Below, piece by piece: positions 50,446-61,887 of a stretch of 64,000 nt of DNA. Each line of letters starts with the position of its first letter. Positions within the stretch are counted from its first letter, which is position 1. The stretch lies in the NCBI GenBank assembly GCA_963702845.1, contig OY969763.1:2624001-2688000 (forward strand), read 5' to 3'. The notes below the pieces were generated by a model, which was not told the origin of the DNA, searched no databases, and was given only the letters and a program-made list of their open reading frames with translations. Both the position numbers and the translations under genes were made by a program. The stretch is from an uncultured Verrucomicrobiae bacterium (GTDB taxonomy: Bacteria > Verrucomicrobiota > Verrucomicrobiia > Limisphaerales > Palsa-1400).

Positions 50446-53015
50446 GCGTTTACATTAATCGCGGGCAATTCGATCCAAAACGTGCTGCCAGTGCCGGGCG
50501 CTGATTGCACCCCGAGAGTGCCGTTCATGCGTTCAACAGCTTTGCGAACAATGGCCAAGCCCACGCCTGTGCCTTCGTAAGGCAAATCAGGATGAACGCG
50601 TTCGAACATGTTGAACAAGCGGTGTTGGTATTGCGGCGGGATGCCGATGCCGTTATCCCGAACATGCAAACGAACCTGCCCTCCACGCTGCTCTGTCCAG
50701 ACTTTCACTTCTGGCGTAACACCCGCAGGCACAAACTTGACCGCATTGCTCAAGAGATTGGAGATGACCTGCGTTAGGGACGGTTCGTGCCCAGTGACAT
50801 CGGCTAACGACTCGATGGCCAACACTGCGCGAGGCGACTGCATTTCCGGATAATGCCGGACGATTTCACGAACGAGCTTGTCCAAGGCAACCCGTTCCAT
50901 CGTGTGATCACCGCGCGCGATGCGGCTAAAGCTCAACACGTCCAAGATCATTTTGTCGAGCCGCGTGGCGTTCAGCGCCAAGCGCTTGAGATAACCAACA
51001 CCCTCCACCGACAAAGCGTCAGCGTAATCTTCAAGCAGCGCCTGCGAATAGACCTGCATCGCACGTAACGGCGCGCGCAAATCGTGCGAGATGGTGTAGG
51101 AAAACTCCTCCATCTGCTGGACCGCTTCTTGCAAAGAAGCGGTGCGCTCGTACACGAGACGTTCCAATTTCTGCTCGGCTTTCTGACGTTGGATCGCAAA
51201 CGCGACCTGCGTCGCCATCGTTTGGGCAGGTCGAATTTCCGGAGGTGTAAACGTATGCGGCGAGTTGTAATAGACCATGAACTTGCCGACCAACTTGCCT
51301 TCGTAGGTAATTGGAATAAACGCCAGCGCGCGAATGCCCTCCTTATTGATTACCTGCCGTAAATGCTCATCGAGCGGAACGGAGGCAAGATCGTCGATGC
51401 AAACAGGCTGAGGATCCGGGTCGTCCATCTTCCACGGTGAATGACCTTCGACAGCGCGTTGATACGCTTCTGATAAACCACGCGAACTTTTGAAGCGCAT
51501 CACTCCTTTATCGTCGTAAACTAAAACGGAACTTCGGTCCGCCAATTGCGCACGCTTGACCGCATCCACGGACGCTTCGAAAATATCAGAGATATCGGCG
51601 GCGCGATTGACGCGCATCGCCAGTTCGTAAATGGCACGTTCCTGGGTTTCGCGGCGTCTACGCTCAGAGATGTCGCGCACTATTTTGGAGGCACCGACAA
51701 TCGTCTGAGAATCGTTGCGGATCGGAGAAACGCTGATCGAGACCTCGATCAGCTTGCCGTCTTTATGCCGACGAAGAGTCTCAAAACTCTCGACTCGCTC
51801 GCCGTTCAACACCTTTGCCATCAATTCCGGTTGTTCACCAGTGGTGTGATTTGGAATAATCGCCGAAATGCATTTGCCAACCATCTCGTCAGTGGCGTAA
51901 CCAAAAATACGCTCGGCGGCTTGATTCCAACTGATGATATTTCCCTGCAAATCTTCACTGATAATGGCATCTGCCGAATACTCGACAATCGCCGCCAACT
52001 GCCGCGACTCGTTTTCCGCGTGCATGCGCGCAGTGATGTCCAGGGCCGCGCCAGCAACCCCGATAATCCTGCGAGTATGATCGCGCCGCGCAACGATCGA
52101 CATGTCGTAGCATCGCGCTCCTCTTTTTAGCGAGGTCGTTATCTCGCGTCGTTGCGGAACGCCAGTGCGCAAGACTTCACGTTTCCACGACTCCAGCAAT
52201 TCACCTTCCGGTCCACCCTGGATTTCCGAGTCTGTCCGACCAAGCAACGTTGCGTGCTCCGGCTGTGGCGGATAAAGCCACGTGTAGCGCAAGTCGGCAT
52301 CCTGCTCATAGAGCGTAATGGCGTCACCACAAGCTGCCATCCGAAACCGCTCTTCATTGAGACGGTTGAGTTCCTGCAGATTTCGTAGATCAGCGACTTG
52401 CGTTTCGAGCGCCAGTTTGAGGTCGCGCAATTGGTCGGTGGACCTATGCCGGTCGCGCAAGTCTCTTTCAGCTTTCTCGCGCAACAAAGCCGAATTGAAC
52501 TCCTCCAGTCGCCGCGCCTCCTTCACCTGTGTCTCGAGTTGCGTTTGTAATTCCAAAAATTGGTCCGCCGACCGCTTCCGCTCGGTGACGTCACGAAAGA
52601 ATACCGATATCCCCTGCTCTGTTGCAGGACAAACGCGGAACTCAAACCAGCGTTTCGAAGTGCGATCGTAGCTCTCGAATTCGACAGAAACGCCGTCGCG
52701 CGCTACACGTCGATACGCTTCTTCAACGGGAGTGCCGATCAATTCCGGGTAGATTTCCCATAAGTTGAGCCCAACGAAAACCTTTTCACCAAGCAGCCCA
52801 CGCCCAGTCCTGTTGACGTAGATGATGCGCCAATCACGATCGATGGCAATAAAACCGTCGGTAACCGTTTCCAAAACGCCGGCGAGCGTTGCGTTGGAGG
52901 GCTGCTTAGCACCACCACGACTTGCGGACAAGTCATCGCGCCGGGGCTCGGGAGTTACTTTGATTTGGCGAAGGTCAGCCTGGATTATATTCACAGCTTC
53001 ATACTTCTTGCCCAC
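50442..53015 (-). CDS. Cytoplasmic multi-PAS/GAF histidine kinase
   Basis: Three PAS domains, GAF, ISHDLRAPLR, NAVKF, GTGVGL; overlaps the response regulator. Confidence 0.9.
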   Translation of the reverse strand: MGKKYEAVNIIQADLRQIKVTPEPRRDDLSASRGGAKQPSNATLAGVLETVTDGFIAIDRDWRIIYVNRTGRGLLGEKVFVGLNLWEIYPELIGTPVEEAYRRVARDGVSVEFESYDRTSKRWFEFRVCPATEQGISVFFRDVTERKRSADQFLELQTQLETQVKEARRLEEFNSALLREKAERDLRDRHRSTDQLRDLKLALETQVADLRNLQELNRLNEERFRMAACGDAITLYEQDADLRYTWLYPPQPEHATLLGRTDSEIQGGPEGELLESWKREVLRTGVPQRREITTSLKRGARCYDMSIVARRDHTRRIIGVAGAALDITARMHAENESRQLAAIVEYSADAIISEDLQGNIISWNQAAERIFGYATDEMVGKCISAIIPNHTTGEQPELMAKVLNGERVESFETLRRHKDGKLIEVSISVSPIRNDSQTIVGASKIVRDISERRRRETQERAIYELAMRVNRAADISDIFEASVDAVKRAQLADRSSVLVYDDKGVMRFKSSRGLSEAYQRAVEGHSPWKMDDPDPQPVCIDDLASVPLDEHLRQVINKEGIRALAFIPITYEGKLVGKFMVYYNSPHTFTPPEIRPAQTMATQVAFAIQRQKAEQKLERLVYERTASLQEAVQQMEEFSYTISHDLRAPLRAMQVYSQALLEDYADALSVEGVGYLKRLALNATRLDKMILDVLSFSRIARGDHTMERVALDKLVREIVRHYPEMQSPRAVLAIESLADVTGHEPSLTQVISNLLSNAVKFVPAGVTPEVKVWTEQRGGQVRLHVRDNGIGIPPQYQHRLFNMFERVHPDLPYEGTGVGLAIVRKAVERMNGTLGVQSAPGTGSTFWIELPAINVNA

Positions 53016-53163
53016 GGGACATCGCTATATACGACCTCCAGCATAGCACCGTGAAGGATGTCATACCTAAATCGGAGCGCAAATCGGGCAAAAACCGGAT
53101 GGTTCTTTAGGGGAAACCTCGACCCCACTGAATTTGTCTTCAAACTTTGCGTTTGCACTTTGA

Positions 53164-54546
53164 ATGCTTGACTCTAACGTTGCTGTGGTGAGTCATACGG
53201 TTTCCAGGTTCAAAAAATTTCAGCAATCGCTTCACGCCTTTCTCAACCCAAGCGCCGGTTACGACGAAGCCGAGCACGGCAAACTCGAAAAATTTATCCA
53301 CTTCTGGGCTCTGGTCGGTCGCACCTTCGTCGCAAACCGTTGCCTCATCCGCGCCTCCGCTCTCGCCTACACCACGCTGCTTTCCGTCATTCCGTTGCTG
53401 GCGGTCGGGTTGAGCTTTGTCAGCAGCTTTGCCAAAAGCGACATGACCCGAGTTGACCAATGGATCAAAAGCGCCGTTAATCGCTTCGCACCTCAAATTG
53501 GGCTTGTCCCCGCAACTGGCGAAGTGGATGCCCAACAAAAAGTACTCGACTACGTCCACCATGCGATGGATGCCGTCAACAATGGCACGCTCAAAACCGC
53601 CTCCATTATCGCACTGCTCTTCGTCGGGATTTCACTGCTCAGCAACATTGAAGCAACCTTGAACGACATCTGGGGCGTGCAGCGCGGACGAAGTTGGTTT
53701 TCGCGCGTCGTCCTTTACTGGGCCGCGATTACCCTCGTCCCGTTGCTGCTACTGCTGGCTATCGGCTTGAGCGCCGGGCCGTATTTCCGGGCGACACAAG
53801 ACATTATCGATAGAACTCCATTACTCGGCAATTTTCTCTACTCGGTCCTGCCCGTCATCGTCCTTATCCTCACATTCTCATTATTCTACATTTTGATGCC
53901 CAACACCCGAGTCAGGCCCGACGCCGCGTTGATCGGTGGAATCCTGGCCGGAATTCTTGTGCACTTAAACCATCGCTTCAGTTCGTTATACCTCGGCCAA
54001 GTCGTCTCAAGCACAAACCTCTATGGCAGCCTAGCTGTGTTGCCGTTGTTCCTTGTCGGCCTCTACTTCTCGTGGGTGATCGTGCTGTTCGGCGCACAAG
54101 TCTCCTACGCATGGCAAAACCGCCGCCGCTATTTCCAGGAACGCATGACCGAAAACATCAACCAACGCGGTCGCGAATTCGTTGCGTTGCGGGTCATGAC
54201 CTTTATCGGCCAGCGCTTTTATAATGGCACAACCCCACCGACACTTTTGGAAATCTCCGAAATCCTTGCGGTGCCAAGCAAACTCCTCCAAAAAGTCATT
54301 GAACCTTTGATCCAAACTGGCCTGATTTTCGAAACCGCCGGAAAAGAAACCGCCTATGCTCCCGGCCGGCCGCTCGCACAAATCAGTTACGATAACGTGA
54401 TGCAGGCCATGCGCTGTGGCATCGGCCAGGAAGTCCCCACGCGCGACGATTCCAACTGCGCAATTGTCCGACGTGAAATGGAAAAGATTGAAACCGCCCG
54501 CAGCTCCGTCGCGGGTGAGATTACATTAGACAAGCTTGTGCAGTGA
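53164..54546 (+). CDS. YihY/virulence factor BrkB-family membrane protein with C-terminal wHTH
   Basis: ASALAYTTLLS, LNDIWG, YGSLA..PLFL..LY.SW..VLFGA. Confidence 0.9.
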   Translation: MLDSNVAVVSHTVSRFKKFQQSLHAFLNPSAGYDEAEHGKLEKFIHFWALVGRTFVANRCLIRASALAYTTLLSVIPLLAVGLSFVSSFAKSDMTRVDQWIKSAVNRFAPQIGLVPATGEVDAQQKVLDYVHHAMDAVNNGTLKTASIIALLFVGISLLSNIEATLNDIWGVQRGRSWFSRVVLYWAAITLVPLLLLLAIGLSAGPYFRATQDIIDRTPLLGNFLYSVLPVIVLILTFSLFYILMPNTRVRPDAALIGGILAGILVHLNHRFSSLYLGQVVSSTNLYGSLAVLPLFLVGLYFSWVIVLFGAQVSYAWQNRRRYFQERMTENINQRGREFVALRVMTFIGQRFYNGTTPPTLLEISEILAVPSKLLQKVIEPLIQTGLIFETAGKETAYAPGRPLAQISYDNVMQAMRCGIGQEVPTRDDSNCAIVRREMEKIETARSSVAGEITLDKLVQ

Positions 54547-54618
54547 CTTGAGTCAAAATTTGCATTCGATTTTTTACTTCAGCCTTTAACCTACAACCTT
54601 TAGCCTTCAGCCAAACTT

Positions 54619-55719
54619 ATGATTATTGGTGTTCCGAAAGAAATTAAGATTCAGGAATTTCGCGTTGCGCTGCTTCCCTCCGCGGCTTATCAACTCGTCA
54701 AACGCGGTCATCAAGTGATAGTGGAAAAAAACGCCGGCGCGGGTATCGGCTATCTTGATTCCGAATACGAAAAGGCCGGCGCAAAAATTGTCGCCGATCA
54801 TAAAGAAATTTTTGCGAAAGCCGATTTGGTCGTCAAAGTCAAAGAGCCGCAGGAAACGGAAATTCCCCTGCTTCGCCCCGGCCAAATCCTTTTCACTTAC
54901 CTCCACCTCGCCGCCGACCGCGACCTGACCGAAGGCCTGATGAAATCCGGCGTCACCGGCATCGCCTATGAAACGGTCGAAGTCAATCGTCGCTTGCCCT
55001 TGCTTGAGCCGATGAGCGAAATCGCCGGACGCATGAGTATTTTGGTGGGCGGATATTTTCTGGCCAAACATCACGGCGGCAGCGGAGTCCTTCTCGGCGG
55101 CGTTCCCGGAGTTTTGCCCGGTCGCGTGGTCGTGTTAGGCGGCGGTTCATCCGGCATCAACGCCGCGCGCATGGCGCAAGGTTTGGGAGCTGACGTCACG
55201 ATTCTCGAAGTTGACCTGGAACGCATGCGCTTCCTCGATATCACGCTCCATACCGCGCACACGCTTTACTCGAACGAAGCGCACCTTGTTGATTTGCTTC
55301 CGACCGTTGATTTGCTGATCGGCGCTGTCCTCGTGCCCGGAGCGAAAGCTCCCAAGCTCATCAACCGCGAGATGCTTCGCAAAATGCGTCCCGGCAGCGT
55401 GCTTGTGGATATTGCGATCGATCAAGGTGGTTGTGCAGAAACTTCGCGTCCGACAACCCACGATCATCCTGTATACGTCGAAGAAGGCGTGACTCACTAT
55501 TGCGTCGCGAACATGCCCGGTGCTTACGCCCGGACTGCGACGCAAGCGCTGACCAATGTCACGTTTCGCTATATCGAAATGCTCGCTGACCTTGGCTTGA
55601 AAGAAGCCTGTCAAAAACAACCTGCCCTCATCGGCGGAATCAATGTCATGGGCGGCAAGCTCACGCATAAAGCCGTCGCCGAAGCGCACGGCATGCCATA
55701 CCAGGCGCCGACAGTCTAG
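54619..55719 (+). CDS. ald: Alanine dehydrogenase
   Basis: [38 protein letters not shown]. Confidence 0.96.
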   Translation: MIIGVPKEIKIQEFRVALLPSAAYQLVKRGHQVIVEKNAGAGIGYLDSEYEKAGAKIVADHKEIFAKADLVVKVKEPQETEIPLLRPGQILFTYLHLAADRDLTEGLMKSGVTGIAYETVEVNRRLPLLEPMSEIAGRMSILVGGYFLAKHHGGSGVLLGGVPGVLPGRVVVLGGGSSGINAARMAQGLGADVTILEVDLERMRFLDITLHTAHTLYSNEAHLVDLLPTVDLLIGAVLVPGAKAPKLINREMLRKMRPGSVLVDIAIDQGGCAETSRPTTHDHPVYVEEGVTHYCVANMPGAYARTATQALTNVTFRYIEMLADLGLKEACQKQPALIGGINVMGGKLTHKAVAEAHGMPYQAPTV

Positions 55720-55786
55720 AATCGCACGAAACCCTTCGAGGCCGCCATGCGAACCCGCCGTTCGGCTCCGCTGGCGCTTTTTTATT

Positions 55787-56677
55787 TTAGCGCTTCAGGT
55801 AGCGGTCGAACCAGTCAGCAATAGTCTGCACCAATTCGTCGCGCGAAGGTTCGATGTTTGGGGTTGCCAACCCGTGGGTCCCATTATTCACCATGATCAG
55901 TCGACTGGGAACGCCAGCGGCTTTTAGTTTGTCGTAGAAAACTTGCGCCTGATTCGAGTGCACCAGCTCATCGCGTTCGCCGTGAATAATCAGCGTTGGC
56001 GCTGAGTGTTTACTCACGTATGTGATGGGGCTCGCCTGTTCCAGCAACGCATGGGTGGTCATTCCATTCTTCTCCAAATCCGCACCGAAAACAATTCCTG
56101 CGCGCTGCACATGTTGGCTTTCGCTGACCAACAACGGAATATCTGACGGCCCAAACATATCTACCACTGCCTGCAAACTGCTGGATTGCTTTTCATAATG
56201 CTCGCCCTCGAGCTTCGCCTTTTTATCAGTCGTTCCGAGCATCGCGACCAAATGTCCTCCGGCACTCGTTCCCCACGCTCCGATGTGTTTCGGATCGATC
56301 TGATACTTCTTCGCGTTCGCGCGCAAAAAGCGAATTGAACATTTCACATCATTCATGAACAACGGCCATTTATATTCAGGCGCGAGACGGTAATCGACGG
56401 ATGCGACGATGTAGCCGCGTTTGTTCAACTCGCCTCGCACGGAATTCAACCAGACTCCGCCTGCCTTGCTCCCCTTTTGCCAACCGCCACCATGCACAAA
56501 TACTGCCAGCGGCGCCGGCTTGTCGGACTGTTTGTCCGGCAGATATAAATCCAACTTCAGCACCACACCTGAATTCGTGCAGTAAGGCACATCGCGCAGC
56601 ACTTCAGCCTTCGCGGTGAACGATGCGAACAGTGCAAAAGCGAAACTTAACAAGAACCTCAAAAAACATTTTGGCAT
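55787..56677 (-). CDS. Secreted alpha/beta hydrolase (BD-FAE/esterase-lipase)
   Basis: HGGGW, GTSAGG, HGERD, C-terminal His. Confidence 0.9.
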   Translation of the reverse strand: MPKCFLRFLLSFAFALFASFTAKAEVLRDVPYCTNSGVVLKLDLYLPDKQSDKPAPLAVFVHGGGWQKGSKAGGVWLNSVRGELNKRGYIVASVDYRLAPEYKWPLFMNDVKCSIRFLRANAKKYQIDPKHIGAWGTSAGGHLVAMLGTTDKKAKLEGEHYEKQSSSLQAVVDMFGPSDIPLLVSESQHVQRAGIVFGADLEKNGMTTHALLEQASPITYVSKHSAPTLIIHGERDELVHSNQAQVFYDKLKAAGVPSRLIMVNNGTHGLATPNIEPSRDELVQTIADWFDRYLKR

Positions 56678-57014
56678 ACGTCAGTTGGACGAATCTCACC
56701 GTGGCAAGGTTAACGACCGCACTGTATACTTTTGCGCACGCTGGGCATTTATGTTGCCCGGACTGTTGCGGAGAAATCGCTGAATACGCGAATTGCCCAC
56801 TCGTTAAAATTGATTTGTCACAAGAACTTCACGTCACCGCTCTTCAAACGACTAACCACGTCGGTAGATTACGAGTGTTATTAAATTTCTGATAAAAGAA
56901 TGGTCGCCACATGGCGTAAATTCTGCTTGTCATGGTTCGCTGCCAAATCCCGGCAGGACCCCCACTTTCGTCTAAAGTGGCGTCCTGTACGAAAGCGGCA
57001 GACAAATAAAAAAT

Positions 57015-57932
57015 ATGAAAACCGGTTACCTGATCGACATGGACGGAGTCATTTACCGGGAAAACCAACTTATTCCGCAAGCTGCGGAATTTGTGCAGGT
57101 CCTGTTGGCGACCAGCACGCCGTTTCTTTTTGTCACCAACAATTCCGCGCCAACACCTGATGACCTTGCCGTTCGTCTGCGCCACCTCGGAATTCAAGGC
57201 GTGACCGCGCGGCATTTCTACACCTCCGCTCTGAACACCGCCGATTTCCTCAGTGAAACCGATCCCGGCTGCACCGTGTTCGTCGTTGGCGAAGGCGGCC
57301 TGCTAGCGGCGCTGCACGAAAGATCGATCCCCAGCGATTCCATTCGCCCCCGCTACGTCGTCGTCGGAGAAGGATCCCCCACGACCGAGCGCCTGACCAA
57401 AGCCCACGAATGCATCGAACGCGGCGCGGGTTTGCTCGCAACCAATCCCGATAATTGGTGTCCCGTCGGCCCGGAAAAAACCCGTCCCGGCACGGGCGCG
57501 ACGGCAGCCTTTCTCGAGGCCAGCACCGGCCGCCGCGCATATTACGTCGGCAAACCAAATGGCTATATGTTTCACCGCGCCTGCCGCAAGCTCACCGAAA
57601 TCAGCCTCGTCAAACCCGACCACATCGTGATGATTGGCGACACCATGGAAACCGACATTCGCGGCGCGTTCGAATCGGGAATGCAATCCTATCTCGTCCT
57701 AAGTGGATCGACGCGGCTCGAAGACGTCGGTGATTACGTCTATCAGCCGACCCGCGTTCTGCAAAGCGTCGCCGACCTCGTGGACGAAATAAAAACCGGC
57801 AAGCCAAGCGATCGCTTGAACAGTCCGGCCTTTTCCCGAGGACATTCCGACGCCCTAAAACCCGGGCACCGTCATCAAACCGACATCTTCGCCCTGCACA
57901 AACCTCGACCGCGCCCGGCCATGACAAAGTAA
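57015..57932 (+). CDS. HAD-IIA family hydrolase (NagD-like)
   Basis: DMDGV, TNN, GKP, GDTMETDI. Confidence 0.9.
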   Translation: MKTGYLIDMDGVIYRENQLIPQAAEFVQVLLATSTPFLFVTNNSAPTPDDLAVRLRHLGIQGVTARHFYTSALNTADFLSETDPGCTVFVVGEGGLLAALHERSIPSDSIRPRYVVVGEGSPTTERLTKAHECIERGAGLLATNPDNWCPVGPEKTRPGTGATAAFLEASTGRRAYYVGKPNGYMFHRACRKLTEISLVKPDHIVMIGDTMETDIRGAFESGMQSYLVLSGSTRLEDVGDYVYQPTRVLQSVADLVDEIKTGKPSDRLNSPAFSRGHSDALKPGHRHQTDIFALHKPRPRPAMTK

Positions 57933-57944
57933 GCTACGTCCGAG

Positions 57945-58346
57945 TCAATGTTTGAAGTAATCGCTGAACGGCTGGAGCACTTTCAATCTGATCAGCACCA
58001 CAATCAGCAGCGTGTAGACCAACGAAGTCCCGATATCGCGCAGGAAATCTCTTCCTGAGTATTTCTTATCTTCTTTGCTAACGATCTTCGCACCGCCTTT
58101 GTGCATCAACACAAATCCCGCCACGTTCGTCAGCCAATAACCAACCACCACCGCTGGTTCAAATGCTGGTTTGTAAACAAGGCTGATCACCCACCCAAAA
58201 GCTATCGCCAGCGGCAAATTCACAAACGCATCATTCCACCACGACAACGGAGATAACATGAAGCCGACCATTCCCAGCACACTTCCCCAAACACGACGTT
58301 TGGTGACGAGTTTTCCTTTTCTGGATTGGTCGGTATCGGCAGACAC
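57945..58346 (-). CDS. Hypothetical membrane protein
   Basis: GFMLSPLSWWND..VNLP motif, 3-4 TM segments. Confidence 0.75.
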   Translation of the reverse strand: MSADTDQSRKGKLVTKRRVWGSVLGMVGFMLSPLSWWNDAFVNLPLAIAFGWVISLVYKPAFEPAVVVGYWLTNVAGFVLMHKGGAKIVSKEDKKYSGRDFLRDIGTSLVYTLLIVVLIRLKVLQPFSDYFKH

Positions 58347-58396
58347 TCAAAAATAATAATTTGACTGGCGGCATAGAACCAGCTAACAGTTCTGGC

Positions 58397-58468
58397 GTGA
58401 GTTATCTGTTAAACATTCGACTGTCGCTAAATGCGCTGCTGCTAAGCCGCGCGGCGGGTCGGGTTTAA
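58397..58468 (+). CDS. Leu-rich leader peptide of the leuA attenuator
   Basis: GTG start, (M)SYLLNIRLSLNALLLSRAAGRV*, 7 Leu including TTA/CTA codons. Confidence 0.75.
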   Translation: MSYLLNIRLSLNALLLSRAAGRV

Positions 58469-58493
58469 TTTTCGCTCACCACGAACAATTTCC

Positions 58494-58535
58494 AAACCTC
58501 ATCCTGACCGCAAGTCGGGATGAGGTTTTTGTTTT
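58494..58535 (+). terminator. Attenuator terminator hairpin
   Basis: AAACCTCATCCTGAC-CGCAA-GTCGGGATGAGGTTTTT, between the leader and leuA. Confidence 0.85.
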
Positions 58536-58576
58536 GTTCGAATAGCACCTGAAGTAAAAGAACTGAAAGTAACTGT

Positions 58577-60151
58577 ATGAAAAACGATCGCATTGTCATT
58601 TTTGACACCACGTTGCGCGATGGCGAGCAATGCCCTGGCGCTTCAATGAATTTGCGCGAGAAACTCGAAATCGCGCGCCAGCTCGCGCGACTGAATGTCG
58701 ATGTGATCGAAGCCGGCTTCCCCGTCATCAGCGATGGCGACTTTGAGGCGGTCCAAACGATCGCCAAAGATATAAAAGGCCCGATCATCTGTGGTCTCGC
58801 GCGTTGCGTGCCGAAGGACATCGACGCCGCCGGTAAAGCTGTCGCACCCGCCGGCAAGCGCGGTCGTATCCACGTCTTTCTCGCCACGTCGAAAATCCAT
58901 CGCGAATTCAAACTCGGCAAAGCACAACACGAAATCGTGCGCTTGGCCGTCGATGGCGTGAAGCGCGCGAAAAGTTTCACAAATGACGTCGAGTTCTCGC
59001 CCGAGGACGGTTCGCGCACTGAACCCGATTTCCTCGTCGAAGTTTGCAAAGCGGTGGTCGCCGCCGGTGCCACGACCGTGAATATTCCGGACACCGTCGG
59101 CTGGGCGGTGCCCGATCAATACGGCGCATTGATCAAACATTTGCACGATTCAGTTCCAGAATTCCGTTCCGGCAAAGCCATTATCAGCGTGCATTGCCAT
59201 AATGACTTGGGCTTGGCTGTCGCGAATTCCATAGCGGCCATTCGCAACGGCGCGCGCCAGGTCGAGTGCACAATCAACGGCATCGGCGAACGCGCCGGTA
59301 ACGCTGCCCTCGAAGAAATCGTTATGGTGCTCAAAACGCGCAGCGACGCAGTGGGCAAATACGATTGCGGCATCAAGACGCGAGAGATAGTCAAAGCCTC
59401 TCGCCTCGTCGCTCGCATGAGCGGCCTCACGGTCCAACGCAGCAAAGCCGTCGTCGGCGAAAACGCCTTCGCGCATTCCAGCGGCATTCACCAGGATGGC
59501 ATTCTCAAAAAACGCGAAACCTACGAGATCATGGATCCCCAGGAGGTCGGCTGGGGCAAGACCGAATTGCCTTTGACCAAACACAGCGGTCGGGCGGCTG
59601 TGGCAGCGCGCTTGAAACATCTCGGCTTCAAAATGACCGAGACTGACCTCGCCGCCATCTTTGCGCGGTTCAAAGAAATCGGTGACAAAAAGAAATTCGT
59701 CTACGACGACGATTTGACCGCGCTTGTCGAAGGTCACATCACGGAAGTGCCCGAAACATGGTCGCTCGAATATCTCAACGTCACCTCCGGCAACGCCACT
59801 GTTCCCACGGCCACCGTGCGTTTGCGCAAAGTCGCCGGCAAGAAAGACACCCAAACCGTCTTGCAAGACGCCGGTATTGGCGACGGCCCGGTTGATGCCT
59901 CGTTGAAAGCGATTGATCGCCTCACCAAAACGCGCGGCAAACTCATGGACTACTCCCTGCGCGCGGTATCGCAAGGCAAAGACGCCTTGGGCGAAGTCGC
60001 CGTAAAAGTTGATTTTGGCGACGGCGAAATCGTCACTGGCAAAGGCGCGAGCACCGACGTCATCGAAGCGAGCGCACGCGCCTATTTGAACGCTGTGAAC
60101 CGGTTCCTTTGCGACGGCACTGCAAAAAAGGGTAAGCAAACACAACCGTAA
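58577..60151 (+). CDS. leuA: 2-isopropylmalate synthase
   Basis: [26 protein letters not shown], regulatory domain GDGPVDA. Confidence 0.96.
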   Translation: MKNDRIVIFDTTLRDGEQCPGASMNLREKLEIARQLARLNVDVIEAGFPVISDGDFEAVQTIAKDIKGPIICGLARCVPKDIDAAGKAVAPAGKRGRIHVFLATSKIHREFKLGKAQHEIVRLAVDGVKRAKSFTNDVEFSPEDGSRTEPDFLVEVCKAVVAAGATTVNIPDTVGWAVPDQYGALIKHLHDSVPEFRSGKAIISVHCHNDLGLAVANSIAAIRNGARQVECTINGIGERAGNAALEEIVMVLKTRSDAVGKYDCGIKTREIVKASRLVARMSGLTVQRSKAVVGENAFAHSSGIHQDGILKKRETYEIMDPQEVGWGKTELPLTKHSGRAAVAARLKHLGFKMTETDLAAIFARFKEIGDKKKFVYDDDLTALVEGHITEVPETWSLEYLNVTSGNATVPTATVRLRKVAGKKDTQTVLQDAGIGDGPVDASLKAIDRLTKTRGKLMDYSLRAVSQGKDALGEVAVKVDFGDGEIVTGKGASTDVIEASARAYLNAVNRFLCDGTAKKGKQTQP

Positions 60152-60184
60152 CCATTCGTCGGGTTAATCAAATTACAAACTGAT

Positions 60185-60215
60185 GGAGTGGGGGCAAATC
60201 GCTCCCACTCCTTTT
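60185..60215 (+). terminator. Intrinsic terminator after leuA
   Basis: GGAGTGGGGGC-AAATC-GCTCCCACTCC-TTTT. Confidence 0.75.
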
Positions 60216-60359
60216 AAGCGTTGGAATTCAACCGCGCGAAGATTTGAAGCCGGGTAATGCTTGCGAGGTTCATGCCAATACCTCTGGGGAAAATCAACAA
60301 AGCCATCCGCTTGTCGGCTGCATCAACCGGCATTTAGGTTTTACCAATCCCGCATCTAC

Positions 60360-60800
60360 TCAACGCCCTGCCAGATAACTCTCCATCTGGTCGAGTGCCG
60401 CGCTTTGCATCGAGATGGTCCAATTCACGAGGTCGCCGATCGAAATAATTCCGACCAACTTCTCGTCCTGGCACACCGGCAGATGTCGAATGCGGTGCTC
60501 GGTCATTAATCGCATGGATTCTTCGACGGAGGTGTCCGAGGTCACGAAGATCACGTCCGTGCTGAGAATTTCTCGCACGCGCGTGTCCTTCGATGACTTG
60601 CCGGCCAACGCAATCTTACGCGTGTAATCGCGCTCGGAGAAGATGCCGATAACTTTGTCGTTTTCGATAACCGGCAGAGCGCCAATGTTTTTCTGAGCCA
60701 ACAATTGAATGGCTTCGAACACGGTCTTGTCAGGCGAGATGGACCAAACCTGAGGGCCTTTGTGATGCAAAATGGAATCGATTGTACCGATTGTTTGCAT
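60360..60800 (-). CDS. CBS domain pair protein
   Basis: IGALPV, GIFSERD, RIRHLPV, GIISIGD. Confidence 0.92.
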   Translation of the reverse strand: MQTIGTIDSILHHKGPQVWSISPDKTVFEAIQLLAQKNIGALPVIENDKVIGIFSERDYTRKIALAGKSSKDTRVREILSTDVIFVTSDTSVEESMRLMTEHRIRHLPVCQDEKLVGIISIGDLVNWTISMQSAALDQMESYLAGR

Positions 60801-60910
60801 GGATCAGAGCGACTATAGCACTCGCGGTGCCGATGGGTAGTGAAAACTTCTCAGGGAAACCCTGCCATTTTTATGGGAACAAAACAAAAAATTGTTCATC
60901 ATACCTCTGC

Positions 60911-61876
60911 ATGTGCATTAGTTTTTCATCCCAAACGACAATACGGGCAGTCCTGGCCACTATCATCAGCTTTTCCATGCCCGCAGTTCACGCGGGAACA
61001 ATCTGGAACGGACCAACAACAAATTTCACCCAAAACGTCTCGGGAACGAGCGATTTCCTGACGTCAAAAGTTATCATCAGCCGAGGCGGAAACTTCCCCG
61101 TTTACAACACAGTGTCGGAAGGCGCTGCCAACAAAATCAGCAGCCCTGCAGATACGGAATGGGCGTTCGGCACATTGGCCAACACAAACCTCACATATAA
61201 ATCGTTTTATAGCTTCGCCACCGCCTCTTCTCCAGGTGACGTCGCGGCCGGCGTAATAAACAAAAACGCGGTCTGCCATCTTAAAACTGACGATATTTTC
61301 CTGTCGGTGAAATTCACGGCTTGGGGTCAAAACCGCACCGGTGGATTTGCTTACACTCGTTCCACGCCGCCCGCCGTCGCGCCGACTCCGACGGTCGCCA
61401 TTACAAATCCGCCGTCCGGAACCGTTTACTCTGCGCCTGCCAATGTTAAAATCACGGCCATCGCAAGCGTGAGCAGCGGCTCGGTCACCAACGTCAGCTT
61501 CTTCCGTGGCGCAACTTTGATCGACTCCTCGGCAGTCTCGCCGTATAGCGTAACTGCCAGCAATCTTGCCGTTGGTTCTTACAATATAACCGCCGTCGCC
61601 ACCGCCGCTGGTGTTTCGGCAACATCTGCCGTTGTTACCGTCAGCATCATCAATCCGGTTCCGGTCGTGCTAACAACTCCGGTCGTCTCCAACGGCCAGG
61701 TTTCATTCAACTATTCCGCAGACCCCGGCATTCTTTACTCCGTGCAATCGTCCAGCGACCTTACCAACTGGAACTCCGGACCGACCAACTCGGCCGCTGT
61801 CAATTCAGTGCCGTTCAGCCAAGCCGCTGTTCCACCATACCGATTCTACCGCGTTTCACGTCAACCGAATCGATAA
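60911..61876 (+). CDS. Secreted protein with bacterial Ig-like domain
   Basis: PTVAITNP...VTNVSFF...GSYNITAVA; PVC-type C-terminal 'YSVQSSSDL..W...RFYRV'. Confidence 0.8.
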   Translation: MCISFSSQTTIRAVLATIISFSMPAVHAGTIWNGPTTNFTQNVSGTSDFLTSKVIISRGGNFPVYNTVSEGAANKISSPADTEWAFGTLANTNLTYKSFYSFATASSPGDVAAGVINKNAVCHLKTDDIFLSVKFTAWGQNRTGGFAYTRSTPPAVAPTPTVAITNPPSGTVYSAPANVKITAIASVSSGSVTNVSFFRGATLIDSSAVSPYSVTASNLAVGSYNITAVATAAGVSATSAVVTVSIINPVPVVLTTPVVSNGQVSFNYSADPGILYSVQSSSDLTNWNSGPTNSAAVNSVPFSQAAVPPYRFYRVSRQPNR

Positions 61877-61887
61877 GCCCAGTCCCG

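Noticed and set aside
52330..52590. Internal duplication in the histidine kinase (RSxDQ...LETQV...LxExN twice)
   Set aside because: An ordinary duplicated coiled-coil linker between PAS domains.
54577..54612. TTCAGCC/TTTAGCC heptamer run upstream of ald as another S repeat
   Set aside because: It shares only the simple heptamer, lacks the full 26-mer and has no L or R element nearby.
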